64,000 bases of DNA from Candidatus Poribacteria bacterium (GTDB taxonomy: Bacteria > Poribacteria > WGA-4E > PCPOR2b), in assembly GCA_965222805.1 (NCBI GenBank), contig CBDCUX010000005.1, positions 444,723 through 508,722 of the forward strand, read 5' to 3'. Each line of letters begins with the position of its first letter. Position 1 is the stretch's first letter. Below, one piece after another: positions 17,428 through 26,547 of this stretch. A program made the position numbers and the translations under genes. Under the pieces are notes generated by a model. That model made no database searches, was not told where the DNA came from, and worked only from the letters and a program-made list of their open reading frames with translations.

Positions 17428-19977
17428 TCAAAATTCAACCGTTAGACCAATATAGGGGATACGCGGGAATTGCTCTGCTTCAAAGATTTCAGGTTCTTCG
17501 ATTTCGACCTCTTCACCTTGGACTTCGAGTGGCGCATCCGGGGTAAAGACGAATTTCACGGTATTTTTCCGGTTATAGACGTTCAGAATATCGAGGAACC
17601 CACCTACTCGCAATCCCATAAAGTCGAATTTGTAACTCACCCGGAAATCCAATTTGTGATACGGGGGCAGTTCAGCCGTGACGGATTCATCAACACTCGC
17701 CAAAAGCGGGTTCAATCCGCGTGTCAGTGGGTCTTGAATGAGCACGATAGAGCTGATTGGCACTTCGGATGTTCCGTTCAAATATTGCCACTTCGCGCCA
17801 ATCTCAAACTTGGGCGTGAAGTTGTAGTTGGCGACAACGCTAACAATATTCGTGTTATCAAAGAAATAGGGCTGATAGGAACTCTCAGGATTCTCGCGTC
17901 GCTCAGCGTGTGTGTAGGCATACGAAATCCAGCCGAAGAATTTATCTGGCACGCGGTGCCGCAGGAACGCCTCTGCACCGCTAACATACGCAGTGCCCTG
18001 ATTAAGATAATTCGCTATCTCATCTGCTGTGACCAATTTCTGCATGTCCTTGTAATAGGTAGCAAACTTGAATTCTGTTCGAGACGAAAGTTCGTGTTCT
18101 AGTTCCATGATATAGTGCCGTGCGAGGCTTGATTCCAATGCAGAGTTTCCGTTCTCCGATAGTATCTGATGTGGTTGCGGGCTCTGTTCATAATGTCCAT
18201 ACGCGAACCGGAGGTTGGAACCACTCGGCAGCGCAAAACTTAGGCTTCCCCTCGGTTGAATAGAAAACTGCCCTGTCAAATCCAGATAATCCAACCGAAG
18301 GCCCAGCGCGCCAGATAGAAAGGGCAACGGGTCATATCGCCCCTGTAAGTAGCCCTCAGCGCGAAGGAAATCGTGACCGAATTCGTAGTGACTTTCTTCA
18401 ATACCGACTAACTCCTGTTGCTGTTCATACACAACGGTTTCTCCTACCACCTCTCCATCTTCATCAACGATTGGGGTAACCGTTTCTACACGGTCCGCGC
18501 TCCCTTCAAATTGTGGGATCCTGCTGTCCTCGAAACTGTTGGCAGGACTGAAGGAAAGAAGGAATCCTGTTTCCAATGCCGCAGGCGCACTTTGATTACT
18601 AGTATCGTCAGGACGTAGATTTAATCGGTAGGACACGTCTTCCCTCAACGTATAGACCGGAACCCTGATATTTATGTCGTAGTGCCCGTAGTCTACCTCA
18701 GAGATAAGCTCTCCATCCGAATCAAATTCATACGACTCAGTGATGGGTGCTTCAAAGTTGATAGTGAGGAAATTAAAGGAACGGGTAAGCGAGAGTTGGG
18801 AGGTAAAATTTTCAGTGAAATTTGAACGGAGATGGATCCCTTGCGCGTTAAACCCATTTTTGAAAAAGGCGGAGATGTGTGCGCCTTCAAACATCTGTGT
18901 TTCTTCTTCCACTTGACCTCCCTCTACTTCTGTAACTTCCGTAGCCTCCACAGATGTCGTTTCCTCAACACGGAAATGATCGGTTGCAGCAAAGGTGTTG
19001 AGCGTCAGGTGATGTTTTTCACCGAGAGGATGGGCAAATTTGAGTTGATAATCTGAAAAGTAGGGAAACTGCTGTCCATCAATGAACCGTCCAACGATGA
19101 GATCGATGTAGCTCCGTCGTCCGGCAATAGACACGTATCCCTCATCCCCAAGTCTGCGCTCAAGCATCCCTTCGGAGTAGAGGATATTCAGGTTAAATTT
19201 GCCGCTCGTCCGCTTCTCTAGGCTATCGCGCGAGTGGATGTCTAGCACCGCCTGCGAATCTAACCCAAATTCCGCACCGTATCCGCCGGCATAAATGTCA
19301 ATTTTCTCAATGACTTCCGAACTGACGGTTGAGAGGAGGCCACCCCAGTGAAACGGATATCCAAGTGGTGTCCGGTCAAAATAGTAAAGGTTAGAGCCCG
19401 GCTCACTTCCACGGATATAGAGAATGCCGAAGTAGTCATTGGGGACACCGATGCTCGGAAGCGTCGTCAACCCTTTGAGGGCATCGTTACCAACGCCGGG
19501 GATGCGTCTCAGTTCGCTCCCCCGGATATCCTTTCGGCTAATTGTTGGTGGGAGACGTTCCCCTTCAACAATAACCTCTTCTAGCATGAGCACCTCACCG
19601 AGGTACAACGTTACTTGGGTGGTATGACCTGCACTTACCTCTATATCAGCTTCCGTAGGAGTGCTGTACGTTGCGTGGGTTATTGACATAGTGTAGGTTC
19701 CTGGGACGATTTTTATAAACCAGAATTTCCCTTCCGCATCGGTTATTTGGCGTTCATCCGTTCCGAGAATATGGACTTCTGCACCGACCACGGGTGCGTT
19801 GGTGCTTCCATCATAGACGGTGCCTTCAATCGTCCCGGTTTGGGATAGTGCTGCGAGTGGCAGCACAAGAACTAGTAGCATAGGGACAAAGAACAGATAC
19901 AAATTCACTGTCCATCTCAACAAAAAATATTTCACTATTATGTCTTTCAATCTATCCTTTCTGTTCTCTTTTGGCAT
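17428..19977 (-). CDS. TonB-dependent receptor-like outer membrane protein with an N-terminal carboxypeptidase-regulatory-like domain
   Basis: GTIEGTVYDGSTNAPVVGAEVHILGTDERQITDAEGKFWF..PGTYTM is a CarboxypepD_reg domain. The plug region is RIPGVGNDALKGLTTLPSIG...YIRGSEP. A long beta-barrel ends in ...PYIGLTVEF. The start overlaps the sigma gene stop (TGATG). Confidence 0.85.
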   Translation of the reverse strand: MPKENRKDRLKDIIVKYFLLRWTVNLYLFFVPMLLVLVLPLAALSQTGTIEGTVYDGSTNAPVVGAEVHILGTDERQITDAEGKFWFIKIVPGTYTMSITHATYSTPTEADIEVSAGHTTQVTLYLGEVLMLEEVIVEGERLPPTISRKDIRGSELRRIPGVGNDALKGLTTLPSIGVPNDYFGILYIRGSEPGSNLYYFDRTPLGYPFHWGGLLSTVSSEVIEKIDIYAGGYGAEFGLDSQAVLDIHSRDSLEKRTSGKFNLNILYSEGMLERRLGDEGYVSIAGRRSYIDLIVGRFIDGQQFPYFSDYQLKFAHPLGEKHHLTLNTFAATDHFRVEETTSVEATEVTEVEGGQVEEETQMFEGAHISAFFKNGFNAQGIHLRSNFTENFTSQLSLTRSFNFLTINFEAPITESYEFDSDGELISEVDYGHYDINIRVPVYTLREDVSYRLNLRPDDTSNQSAPAALETGFLLSFSPANSFEDSRIPQFEGSADRVETVTPIVDEDGEVVGETVVYEQQQELVGIEESHYEFGHDFLRAEGYLQGRYDPLPFLSGALGLRLDYLDLTGQFSIQPRGSLSFALPSGSNLRFAYGHYEQSPQPHQILSENGNSALESSLARHYIMELEHELSSRTEFKFATYYKDMQKLVTADEIANYLNQGTAYVSGAEAFLRHRVPDKFFGWISYAYTHAERRENPESSYQPYFFDNTNIVSVVANYNFTPKFEIGAKWQYLNGTSEVPISSIVLIQDPLTRGLNPLLASVDESVTAELPPYHKLDFRVSYKFDFMGLRVGGFLDILNVYNRKNTVKFVFTPDAPLEVQGEEVEIEEPEIFEAEQFPRIPYIGLTVEF

Positions 19978-20522
19978 CAATACTCATTATCGACGAAATA
20001 GGGAGCCAAGCGTGTTGCGAGCTGTTCTCTCGCGTGATATAGACGGCTTTTAACCGTTCCTTTTCTAATGCCGAGCTTTGTCACAATTTTCTTCACCGAG
20101 AGCTCCTCAATGTAGAACAACCAAATCACCTGTTGATGAATCAAAGGAAGTTCCGAGATTGCGTCCCGAACAACCGCCATTCTCTCTTGAAAGAGAAGAT
20201 CCGTCTCTGGTGCACGAGAATCCGATAGTATCTGCCCAATCCCAAAATTTTCGTCGTCGAGACTGCCAAGCGCACGTCTGGCAGCAGAGCCTTCACGACG
20301 TGACCAGTTCCGAACCACATTTTTCGCGATCCGATGAACCCACGCCAGAAACGCCGTTTCGGATTCGTCCGTGACCTGCTCTAGGTTTTGATGCGCGATC
20401 AGGACGACTTCGCTGCTGATATCCCTGCGGTCTTCGGGCTGACTGTGCTTATAGTAGACGCGACAGAGTTCCGCAATGAACTGCGCGATCTGGGAGTGAT
20501 ATTTTCCGATATCCCTTGCCAC
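19977..20522 (-). CDS. ECF-type RNA polymerase sigma-70 factor
   Basis: Region 2 (FLAWVHRIAKNVVRNWSRRE) and region 4 HTH (LSVKKIVTKLGIRKGTVKSRLYHAREQL) are present. GTG start with RBS GGTAGGAGG. Confidence 0.85.
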   Translation of the reverse strand: MARDIGKYHSQIAQFIAELCRVYYKHSQPEDRRDISSEVVLIAHQNLEQVTDESETAFLAWVHRIAKNVVRNWSRREGSAARRALGSLDDENFGIGQILSDSRAPETDLLFQERMAVVRDAISELPLIHQQVIWLFYIEELSVKKIVTKLGIRKGTVKSRLYHAREQLATRLAPYFVDNEY

Positions 20523-20734
20523 AATGTCCTCCTACCCCTTTTAGTGTTGGGTGGGTTGGAAAGGTTCACTAGGTCCCGTTTATATTTTAACGAAGCCAGA
20601 TAAAACCCATTGTCAAACGAAATTCACTTAGCGTATCAACCACACGCAATTTATGGTGAACTAGAGAAATAAGTAGACATTTACCAATAACTCCGACCCT
20701 AGCGAAGTTTCCAAAGTCCCCCTGAACCCCTCAA

Positions 20735-20800
20735 CCCCCCTGCCCCCTTATCAAGGGGAGTCCCCTTGTCAGGGGAGTTGGGGGATTTAGGGGGTTGGCT
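20735..20800. repeat. Cluster of short GC-rich hairpins (CCCCTTATCAAGGGG, CTCCCCTTGTCAGGGGAG, GGGGGATTTAGGGGG)
   Basis: The palindromes are visible directly. They lie just outside the left end of the IS at 20821. Confidence 0.6.
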
Positions 20801-20820
20801 GTGCATTGGAAGTGTCTAAG

Positions 20821-21936
20821 TAATTGAGGGGTGCTCATAATTGCTATAGAGTCAGGATAACGGTTATAATCTAATCTAACCTTCAAGAAAGAGAGGATTA
20901 TAACATGGGTTATCCTGACAGTGATTATTATATCACGTTTTTGTTTGAACAGCTTGAAACTTTCAACACCTCCGTCGCGTCGGCGTTGACACCGACTCTC
21001 GGACGCCCTAAGTCGTATACAGACGACTGTCTGATTGTGCTTTTCGCCGTCCTGACACTCAAGGGTATCTATTGCTTTAAGGCACAACACAGATGGTTGG
21101 AGATACACGTGCCGGGGGTGCCACGGTTCAATCTACAAACTGTACCCTCTCGTGCGACGCTGGCACGCCGGTACAAACAACTTGCTTGTCGGCTTGAGGC
21201 GTTCATTGAGTTTTTAGGTGATGTTGGTATGACTTTGATTGCCGATGCGTCTTTGGAGGTGGTTTACCAAGATAAAAGTCTGTTTAAGGCAAAAGGTCCG
21301 GTCTGGCATCAGAAAGACAAAAAGGCCAATCGCATTCCAACGGGACTGCGTGCCGTTGATACAGACGCGAGTTGGTCTGTCAGTAAGTACCATGGCTGGG
21401 TTTATGGCTATGGACTGCATCTAACGGTCACCCAACAGGGAGTGCCTTTGATGAGTGCCGTTGATACTGCGTGTGTGAGTGAGAAAGCAATACTTGACCA
21501 ACAAGTCAACAAAATGCTTGCACAAAATGTCGGATATATCGTCGCCGATGCCGGTTACACTGACCTCAAGCGAACCGAGAAACTGGCAAACGAAGGATTG
21601 TTGCTTATCACCCCGGTGATAGGTGCCAAGCGACCTCAAGCCCAGCGGTATGTCGAAACTATTAACCAATCAACACTGTTGCATACCTATCAGCAGAAGC
21701 GCAACGTCGCCATTGAACCGATATTTGAATTGCTCAAGCAACTGCTATCGACACATACCAACCACAAACAGCTACCGGTCTGTGGCAAACCGAATGTGGT
21801 CACGTTTTTGATGCTCGGTGTAGTTTTGCTTCAGGTGGCAATGTTGGTCAATTCTATTTGGGGACTCCCGCTGAGAAATGTCACACATGTCATCGCTGTA
21901 TTTCGATAATTTGATTTATGAGCACCCCTCAAATAA
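20821..21936 (+). mobile_element. IS element (IS4/IS5-superfamily DDE transposase) with ~17-20-bp terminal inverted repeats
   Basis: TAATTGAGGGGTGCTCATAA (20821-20840) pairs with TTATGAGCACCCCTCAAATAA (21916-21936). The core TTGAGGGGTGCTCATAA matches perfectly. Confidence 0.8.
20905..21909 (+). CDS. DDE transposase (IS4/IS5 superfamily)
   Basis: 334 aa with VADAGYTD, YQQKRNVAIEPIFELLK (a YREK-like signature) and DASWSVSKYHGWVYGYGLH. Confidence 0.8.
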   Translation: MGYPDSDYYITFLFEQLETFNTSVASALTPTLGRPKSYTDDCLIVLFAVLTLKGIYCFKAQHRWLEIHVPGVPRFNLQTVPSRATLARRYKQLACRLEAFIEFLGDVGMTLIADASLEVVYQDKSLFKAKGPVWHQKDKKANRIPTGLRAVDTDASWSVSKYHGWVYGYGLHLTVTQQGVPLMSAVDTACVSEKAILDQQVNKMLAQNVGYIVADAGYTDLKRTEKLANEGLLLITPVIGAKRPQAQRYVETINQSTLLHTYQQKRNVAIEPIFELLKQLLSTHTNHKQLPVCGKPNVVTFLMLGVVLLQVAMLVNSIWGLPLRNVTHVIAVFR

Positions 21937-22236
21937 TTGAGGGGTGTGCATGATTATTGTCTGAATCACGGATTCAGCAGATTACACAGAAAACACGGAT
22001 AAGCAAACAAAGCAGCCACCGAGCCGGCGTACCTTCAGCAAACCAAATACCCAAAAAACCCAACGACCCGACGGATATCTTCGCTCCAGAGGATCGATAT
22101 GTCTATAGAATGCCGATACAGTCAATGCCCGCGCTCCAGCGGAGCGCAATGTATATATACAGCTAATAGGATTAATCTTCTCAAATTATGCGATTATGAC
22201 CAAGATATCTACGTATGCACACCCCTCAAGTAATTA
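21934..22236. mobile_element. MITE-like non-autonomous element (~300 bp) whose termini match the adjacent IS
   Basis: TAATTGAGGGGTGTGCATG (21934-) pairs with ATGCACACCCCTCAAGTAATTA (-22236). The 15-bp inverted core TTGAGGGGTGTGCAT is perfect and is related to the IS termini. No credible ORF lies inside, but the interior holds copies of the hairpin repeat family. Confidence 0.65.
22082..22163 (+). repeat. Two variant copies of the hairpin-CATGT-TATAG repeat family
   Basis: GCTCCAGAGGATCGATATGTCTATAG at 22082-22108 and GCGCTCCAGCGGAGCGCAATGTATATATACAGC at 22131-22163. Confidence 0.6.
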
Positions 22237-22635
22237 TAAAATCTACCATAAATACCACAGTTAGCTTGGATCATGCAAACGGTATTGTGCAGAAAGCCGA
22301 GTTTTTCGGATAGCGCTTTCTTCAAGTAACTGTGCACTTGTTTCTGATATGAGTTGCAATCTTAAAAAGGTGTCACCCCCACAAAGAGATTGTCGAAACT
22401 ATACCACACCGCCGTCGCAAAAATGCCACAATAGCCACTTTTCTTCGGTAAAGTTACTCTCCCGACAGATGTGAAGTTTTTCATGGCGTCCCACCCGAAC
22501 TTATGATAACATCTCAAGAAACACACCAGTCGGTCAGATACGTTAAAAAGGGGGCGGTAAGAATAGACACTTTCAGGTCGGAATACCCGATCTGCCAGAT
22601 GCAAATACTTATTCATTAACGGAAGGAGCAGAGAA

Positions 22636-23793
22636 ATGCTTGCGGGAATGGGAGAGATAAAAGTGACCGCCGACGGCAAGTTCGTCCGAACGGTTCCGGC
22701 AGAGTTTATTCCAGTGCCATTCGGCAGAGGTTCGCCCATCGGTACGACGGGTAACGGGATTCTTTACGCCGCATTTGCGACAGAAGGTCCCGGGCTCGAA
22801 AGCACCCTATTGAGTTCTACGGACGGTGGACGCAGTTGGGCGGAGAAGCGACTCGATTGGTGGCAGTTTTTCAACCACACTGTCGGGCGGGATTCGATGG
22901 AGTTCCGCTTTTGGGACAATCGCTGGGCAATGCGCAATCAATCGTTCGGGGTTCTAAAAAACGGGGCACTGTTGTGGGCATTTGAGCAGGACGCAGCGGA
23001 CCTAGAAAAGGAGTGCTATGTCATCCGCAGCGAAGATGGCGGAGAAACGTGGGAAGGTCCCATGAAACTCGACAAGTCACCCTTTTCATCTGTCGGGAAC
23101 TGCTCAAATAGAATGACCGAACTTCCGGACGGCACAATCCTCTGGCCCCAACGACTCGGCTGTCACGTGGCTGAGTGGGAAAAACGAAGAAACGAATTTG
23201 AGAACTCCGGACAGCTTTTGACCGCTGCCGACTTCAGCAACAGTTACGTTTTCAGGTCAACGGACGAAGGTCATACATGGGGCGATAGAACACCTTTGCC
23301 GGATTGGTCTTTTGAAACAACCCTGCTTAGGCTTCACTCCGGGAGGCTTATCGCAGCCATACGATACCAACCGCTTATCGAATTGGATACACCACTGTCT
23401 AAGTTTGGCAAGCGCGTATTTCTCGCCGATTCGGAGGACAATGGGCGGACGTGGATCAACTTTCGACCCGTTAGACGGACACCAGATGGAGAATCAGACC
23501 TAGCACTAGGAGAGTGTCATGGCGAACTGTCCCAGTTGTCCAATGGAACCCTCGTCCTGACGCACGACCATCGTTACCCCTACGAGCAGCAGCAGGTCCT
23601 TGCCCGTGTCAGCCATGATCAAGGCAACACATGGACCCCGGAGATCTACCATTTGACGCGCCCCGGAGGTAGCGTTTTAGGTTCACACGAAAAAGGCGTT
23701 GGCAGCGGCTACGCCTCCAGCGTCGTCCTTGAAGATGACACCATCGTGACCATGACCGGCGCAGGCACATGCATCCGCTGGAAAGTCGAGTGA
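22636..23793 (+). CDS. BNR/Asp-box repeat protein (sialidase / exo-alpha-sialidase-like beta-propeller)
   Basis: Five Asp-box motifs are present: SSTDGGRSW, RSEDGGETW, RSTDEGHTW, DSEDNGRTW and SHDQGNTW. Confidence 0.8.
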   Translation: MLAGMGEIKVTADGKFVRTVPAEFIPVPFGRGSPIGTTGNGILYAAFATEGPGLESTLLSSTDGGRSWAEKRLDWWQFFNHTVGRDSMEFRFWDNRWAMRNQSFGVLKNGALLWAFEQDAADLEKECYVIRSEDGGETWEGPMKLDKSPFSSVGNCSNRMTELPDGTILWPQRLGCHVAEWEKRRNEFENSGQLLTAADFSNSYVFRSTDEGHTWGDRTPLPDWSFETTLLRLHSGRLIAAIRYQPLIELDTPLSKFGKRVFLADSEDNGRTWINFRPVRRTPDGESDLALGECHGELSQLSNGTLVLTHDHRYPYEQQQVLARVSHDQGNTWTPEIYHLTRPGGSVLGSHEKGVGSGYASSVVLEDDTIVTMTGAGTCIRWKVE

Positions 23794-23815
23794 AATAGTA
23801 ATATAACCCAAGTTG

Positions 23816-25202
23816 CTAGTAGTACTAAAGTTAGTACAATTTGATAGTAATTCATGCAGCGTTATCAAGAGTCTGTTGAATATCGGGCGAGTATGTATCT
23901 TTGTCGTTTGTCTGCGAAAATAATCTTCCCTCCATAAAGGCGCATAGATACTGAACCATCAACCCGCGTGTCAATTTAGTGGGTCGATACCAGTCAATGC
24001 CTAATTCCCAGCATACCTGCTCGACTGTTATGGACCTGCCAGTGGCACAAGTAGCATTGAATATCAATTGTGTGATGCAACTCGCCACGAAACTGAGTTG
24101 TACCAATCGATTGATGCTTTTCCGCGATTTGACTCGATACTTGTCAAACCCGAAGTGTTGCTTGGTGTCCCGAAAAGCAGTCTCAATCAACCATCGTTGC
24201 CGATAGTATCGAACTATCTGACATAGGTCAAGTGTCAAGTCAGTGGTGTAGACACAGAAATATCGAAACGGCTTTGATTTTTTAGGTCGGGTTCGCATCA
24301 CCACCAATCGCACTTGAGTAGGACACATTTTGGTCCGCACGACCTTAGATGCGACTGAACACCGTTTGTTGTCAATATCAATCGCTTTATACCGAAGATG
24401 CCGAAGATGGATGCGTTTACCGTATGTCTTTGGGCGTCCGGGTTTAGGTCGCTTGCAGACCGTGGGTAACAGATAAAAGACCGCATTGGACTTGGCGCGA
24501 CACAAGATATGATGTCCTGCGTTAAGGACGGCTTCAAACACTTTCCGTCTATTGAACCCCCGGTCAAAGATAATCAGTCCGGGCGGGATTTGGGAGCAAA
24601 TCCGCTTGAGAACCGACCCACTGTTGTCCCGATGGGTCTTTGGACATATCAGGTTCACCCACACCGGAAATAGAATCGTCTCTGTAACGGTGGTACAAAG
24701 CAACCCCAACGCGCCAAACTGATGACCAAAGTGGAACTTCGATTGATTAGTATTGCGCTTTCGGTAGCGATGATTTCTGAAGAAATGGAGTCCAAATTGC
24801 TTCTCCCCGGTCTTTACCGCTCGGGTCTCGTCGTAAACGTAGACCCAGTTGTCAAACCAACCTTGCAGCAACTTAATCAGATGTTGAGCAACCGCATCGG
24901 CGTCCCATTTGCCACGGGAGAGGAACTTCACCAATGAACCGTAACCGACCTTCGGGCGAACCGCTTGATAGATGCCCGTCAACGTCGCACGATGGCGGTG
25001 CGTGATAAGACCGACGATGAAGGTACAAAACAACGCGAAGTTTTGACGGTTGAATAATGGACGAAATTGCGTTAAAATATCAACGAGGCAGAAAATGACG
25101 GGCATGATAACTCTCCTTTCAAAATTGTGATGGATTTCTGAAAGGATACCCGCTTTTCTGCCTTTTTTCACCCTAAAATTGTACTAACTTTAGTAGTAGT
25201 AG
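23816..25202 (-). mobile_element. IS4-family insertion sequence (~1.39 kb) with ~29-bp terminal inverted repeats
   Basis: CTAGTAGTACTAAAGTTAGTACAATTTG (23816-23843) pairs with the reverse complement of AAAATTGTACTAACTTTAGTAGTAGTAG (25175-25202). Confidence 0.8.
23852..25105 (-). CDS. IS4-family DDE transposase
   Basis: VYDETRAVKTG, IIFDRGFN and the exact Y-x2-R-x3-E-x6-K signature YRQRWLIETAFRDTK are present. ATG 25105 follows RBS AGGAG. Confidence 0.85.
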   Translation of the reverse strand: MPVIFCLVDILTQFRPLFNRQNFALFCTFIVGLITHRHRATLTGIYQAVRPKVGYGSLVKFLSRGKWDADAVAQHLIKLLQGWFDNWVYVYDETRAVKTGEKQFGLHFFRNHRYRKRNTNQSKFHFGHQFGALGLLCTTVTETILFPVWVNLICPKTHRDNSGSVLKRICSQIPPGLIIFDRGFNRRKVFEAVLNAGHHILCRAKSNAVFYLLPTVCKRPKPGRPKTYGKRIHLRHLRYKAIDIDNKRCSVASKVVRTKMCPTQVRLVVMRTRPKKSKPFRYFCVYTTDLTLDLCQIVRYYRQRWLIETAFRDTKQHFGFDKYRVKSRKSINRLVQLSFVASCITQLIFNATCATGRSITVEQVCWELGIDWYRPTKLTRGLMVQYLCAFMEGRLFSQTNDKDTYSPDIQQTLDNAA

Positions 25203-25259
25203 GCATATTGCTTTGAATCCCGATCTTATCGGGGCTCCGTGTAACCTGCACACATGCTC

Positions 25260-25368
25260 GTAGGTTGGGCATCTTGCCCGACCCTTAGCCCCAGCGGGGC
25301 GGCATGTTTATAGAAGAACATCGACAAACCAATTACCCCAAGCCCCAGCGGGGCGACATGTGCTGCAT
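25260..25368 (+). repeat. REP-like hairpin (GGTTGGGCATCTTGCCCGACC) followed by two copies of AGCCCCAGCGGGGCGRCATGT
   Basis: The REP-like hairpin at 25260-25284 is related to the RAYT-flanking REPs. The hairpin copies are at 25285-25316 and 25340-25368. Confidence 0.75.
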
Positions 25369-25536
25369 TGGGGTGATACACGATATATCAAGAAAATCAT
25401 TGCTTGTCGTTCAGCACCCTAATCTTAATAAATGTGGTTGTTTTTAGTAGGCGTCGAGTATGCAAACTCGACCTACGGACTAACTAGCAACCTGCGTTAA
25501 TATAAATTACCACAAGGTAGAGGGAAAGAAAAACGA

Positions 25537-26433
25537 ATGGGTATAACAATACAAGATAGAGTCATCGACGCACATATTCACGTTTGGACAGACGACTTTG
25601 AAAGTTATCCACTGGCACCCGGTTTCGATCCAAGCGATCTGTGGCTACCTTCTTTCGCCCCGGCACATCATTTCGAGTACAGCCGTTCGGTCGGCAAAGT
25701 CCGGATCAACCTCGTCCAGATGACTTGGTACGGTCTGGACCACAGTTACATTATAGACCTGATTGCCAATGACCCGGACACCTTTGTGGGCACGGGCATC
25801 GTGCCAGCAGTAACGGATGTGTCGCTTGCTAGTCCAGATAAAACGATGGTCGCCTTATCCCATCGGGGGATCTACGCCTTCCGCGTACGTGGCGGCAAAA
25901 GCGCACGTATGCCGATAGGCGATGTCACACGGTGGCTCGACTATCCGGGGTATGAGGCGATGTTTGCAGCGGGGGCAGCGCACAACCTCGCCTTGAGTTT
26001 CCTCATGGGGCTCGACGATCTACCGGATTTGGATCGAATGTGCACCCGTTTCCCCGAAACCCCTGTGATTCTGGATCATGTCTGCGGAGTGAGGATACGA
26101 GACGGGATCTTCCCCGAAGAAGACATTAAAACGCTCTGCGATATGGCAAAATACAAACGCGTGATGGTCAAGCTTGGTCCCTTTCAAGCGTTGGGGGATG
26201 GCAAGGCTCCGTATCTGGATCTCTTGCCGTTAATTCGACGGGTGGTAGACGCCTTTGGTCCAGAGCGGTGTATGTGGGAAAGCGACAGCGGAGGTCCCGT
26301 GGTAATGAACAATCCACATAACGATTTCCCCGCGGCTATCGCACTCATCAACGAACACGCCGACTTTTTAAGCGATTCGGACAAAGAGCAGATCCTTTTC
26401 AGGACAGCGGATGATTTCTTCTTCAATCGTTGA
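25537..26433 (+). CDS. Amidohydrolase-2 family metal-dependent hydrolase (lactonase/decarboxylase type)
   Basis: VIDAHIHVW at the N-terminus, ILDHVCG and WESDSGG are typical of TIM-barrel amidohydrolase 2 family members. Confidence 0.75.
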   Translation: MGITIQDRVIDAHIHVWTDDFESYPLAPGFDPSDLWLPSFAPAHHFEYSRSVGKVRINLVQMTWYGLDHSYIIDLIANDPDTFVGTGIVPAVTDVSLASPDKTMVALSHRGIYAFRVRGGKSARMPIGDVTRWLDYPGYEAMFAAGAAHNLALSFLMGLDDLPDLDRMCTRFPETPVILDHVCGVRIRDGIFPEEDIKTLCDMAKYKRVMVKLGPFQALGDGKAPYLDLLPLIRRVVDAFGPERCMWESDSGGPVVMNNPHNDFPAAIALINEHADFLSDSDKEQILFRTADDFFFNR

Positions 26434-26547
26434 AGTGTATCAAGGAGAATAACCCTCGACAGGGTCAGTATTTTCTGTTACACTCAACATCAAAGATTTG
26501 TTAAACTTGATATTATCTGTTTTAATCATCACACATAGGAAACTAGG

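Noticed and set aside
20731-21108. A 125-aa minus-strand ORF covers the hairpin cluster and the IS left end.
   Set aside because: It reads through palindromic repeats (PLTRGLPLIRGQGG) and the IS terminal repeat, and it overlaps the transposase start. It is spurious.
22362-22739. A 125-aa minus-strand ORF lies upstream of, and overlaps, the BNR protein gene.
   Set aside because: It has no motifs or RBS and overlaps the start of a well-supported gene. The 400-nt region is left unannotated.
23797-25510. Inverted similarity between TAATATAACCCAAGTTGCTAGT (left of the IS4 element) and AACTAGCAACCTGCGTTAATATA (25487-25509) could suggest a larger composite element.
   Set aside because: There is only one short imperfect pair, and the 300 nt between it and the IS is filled with unrelated dispersed repeats. 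The similarity could be coincidental or a remnant, and I cannot establish boundaries or a TSD.
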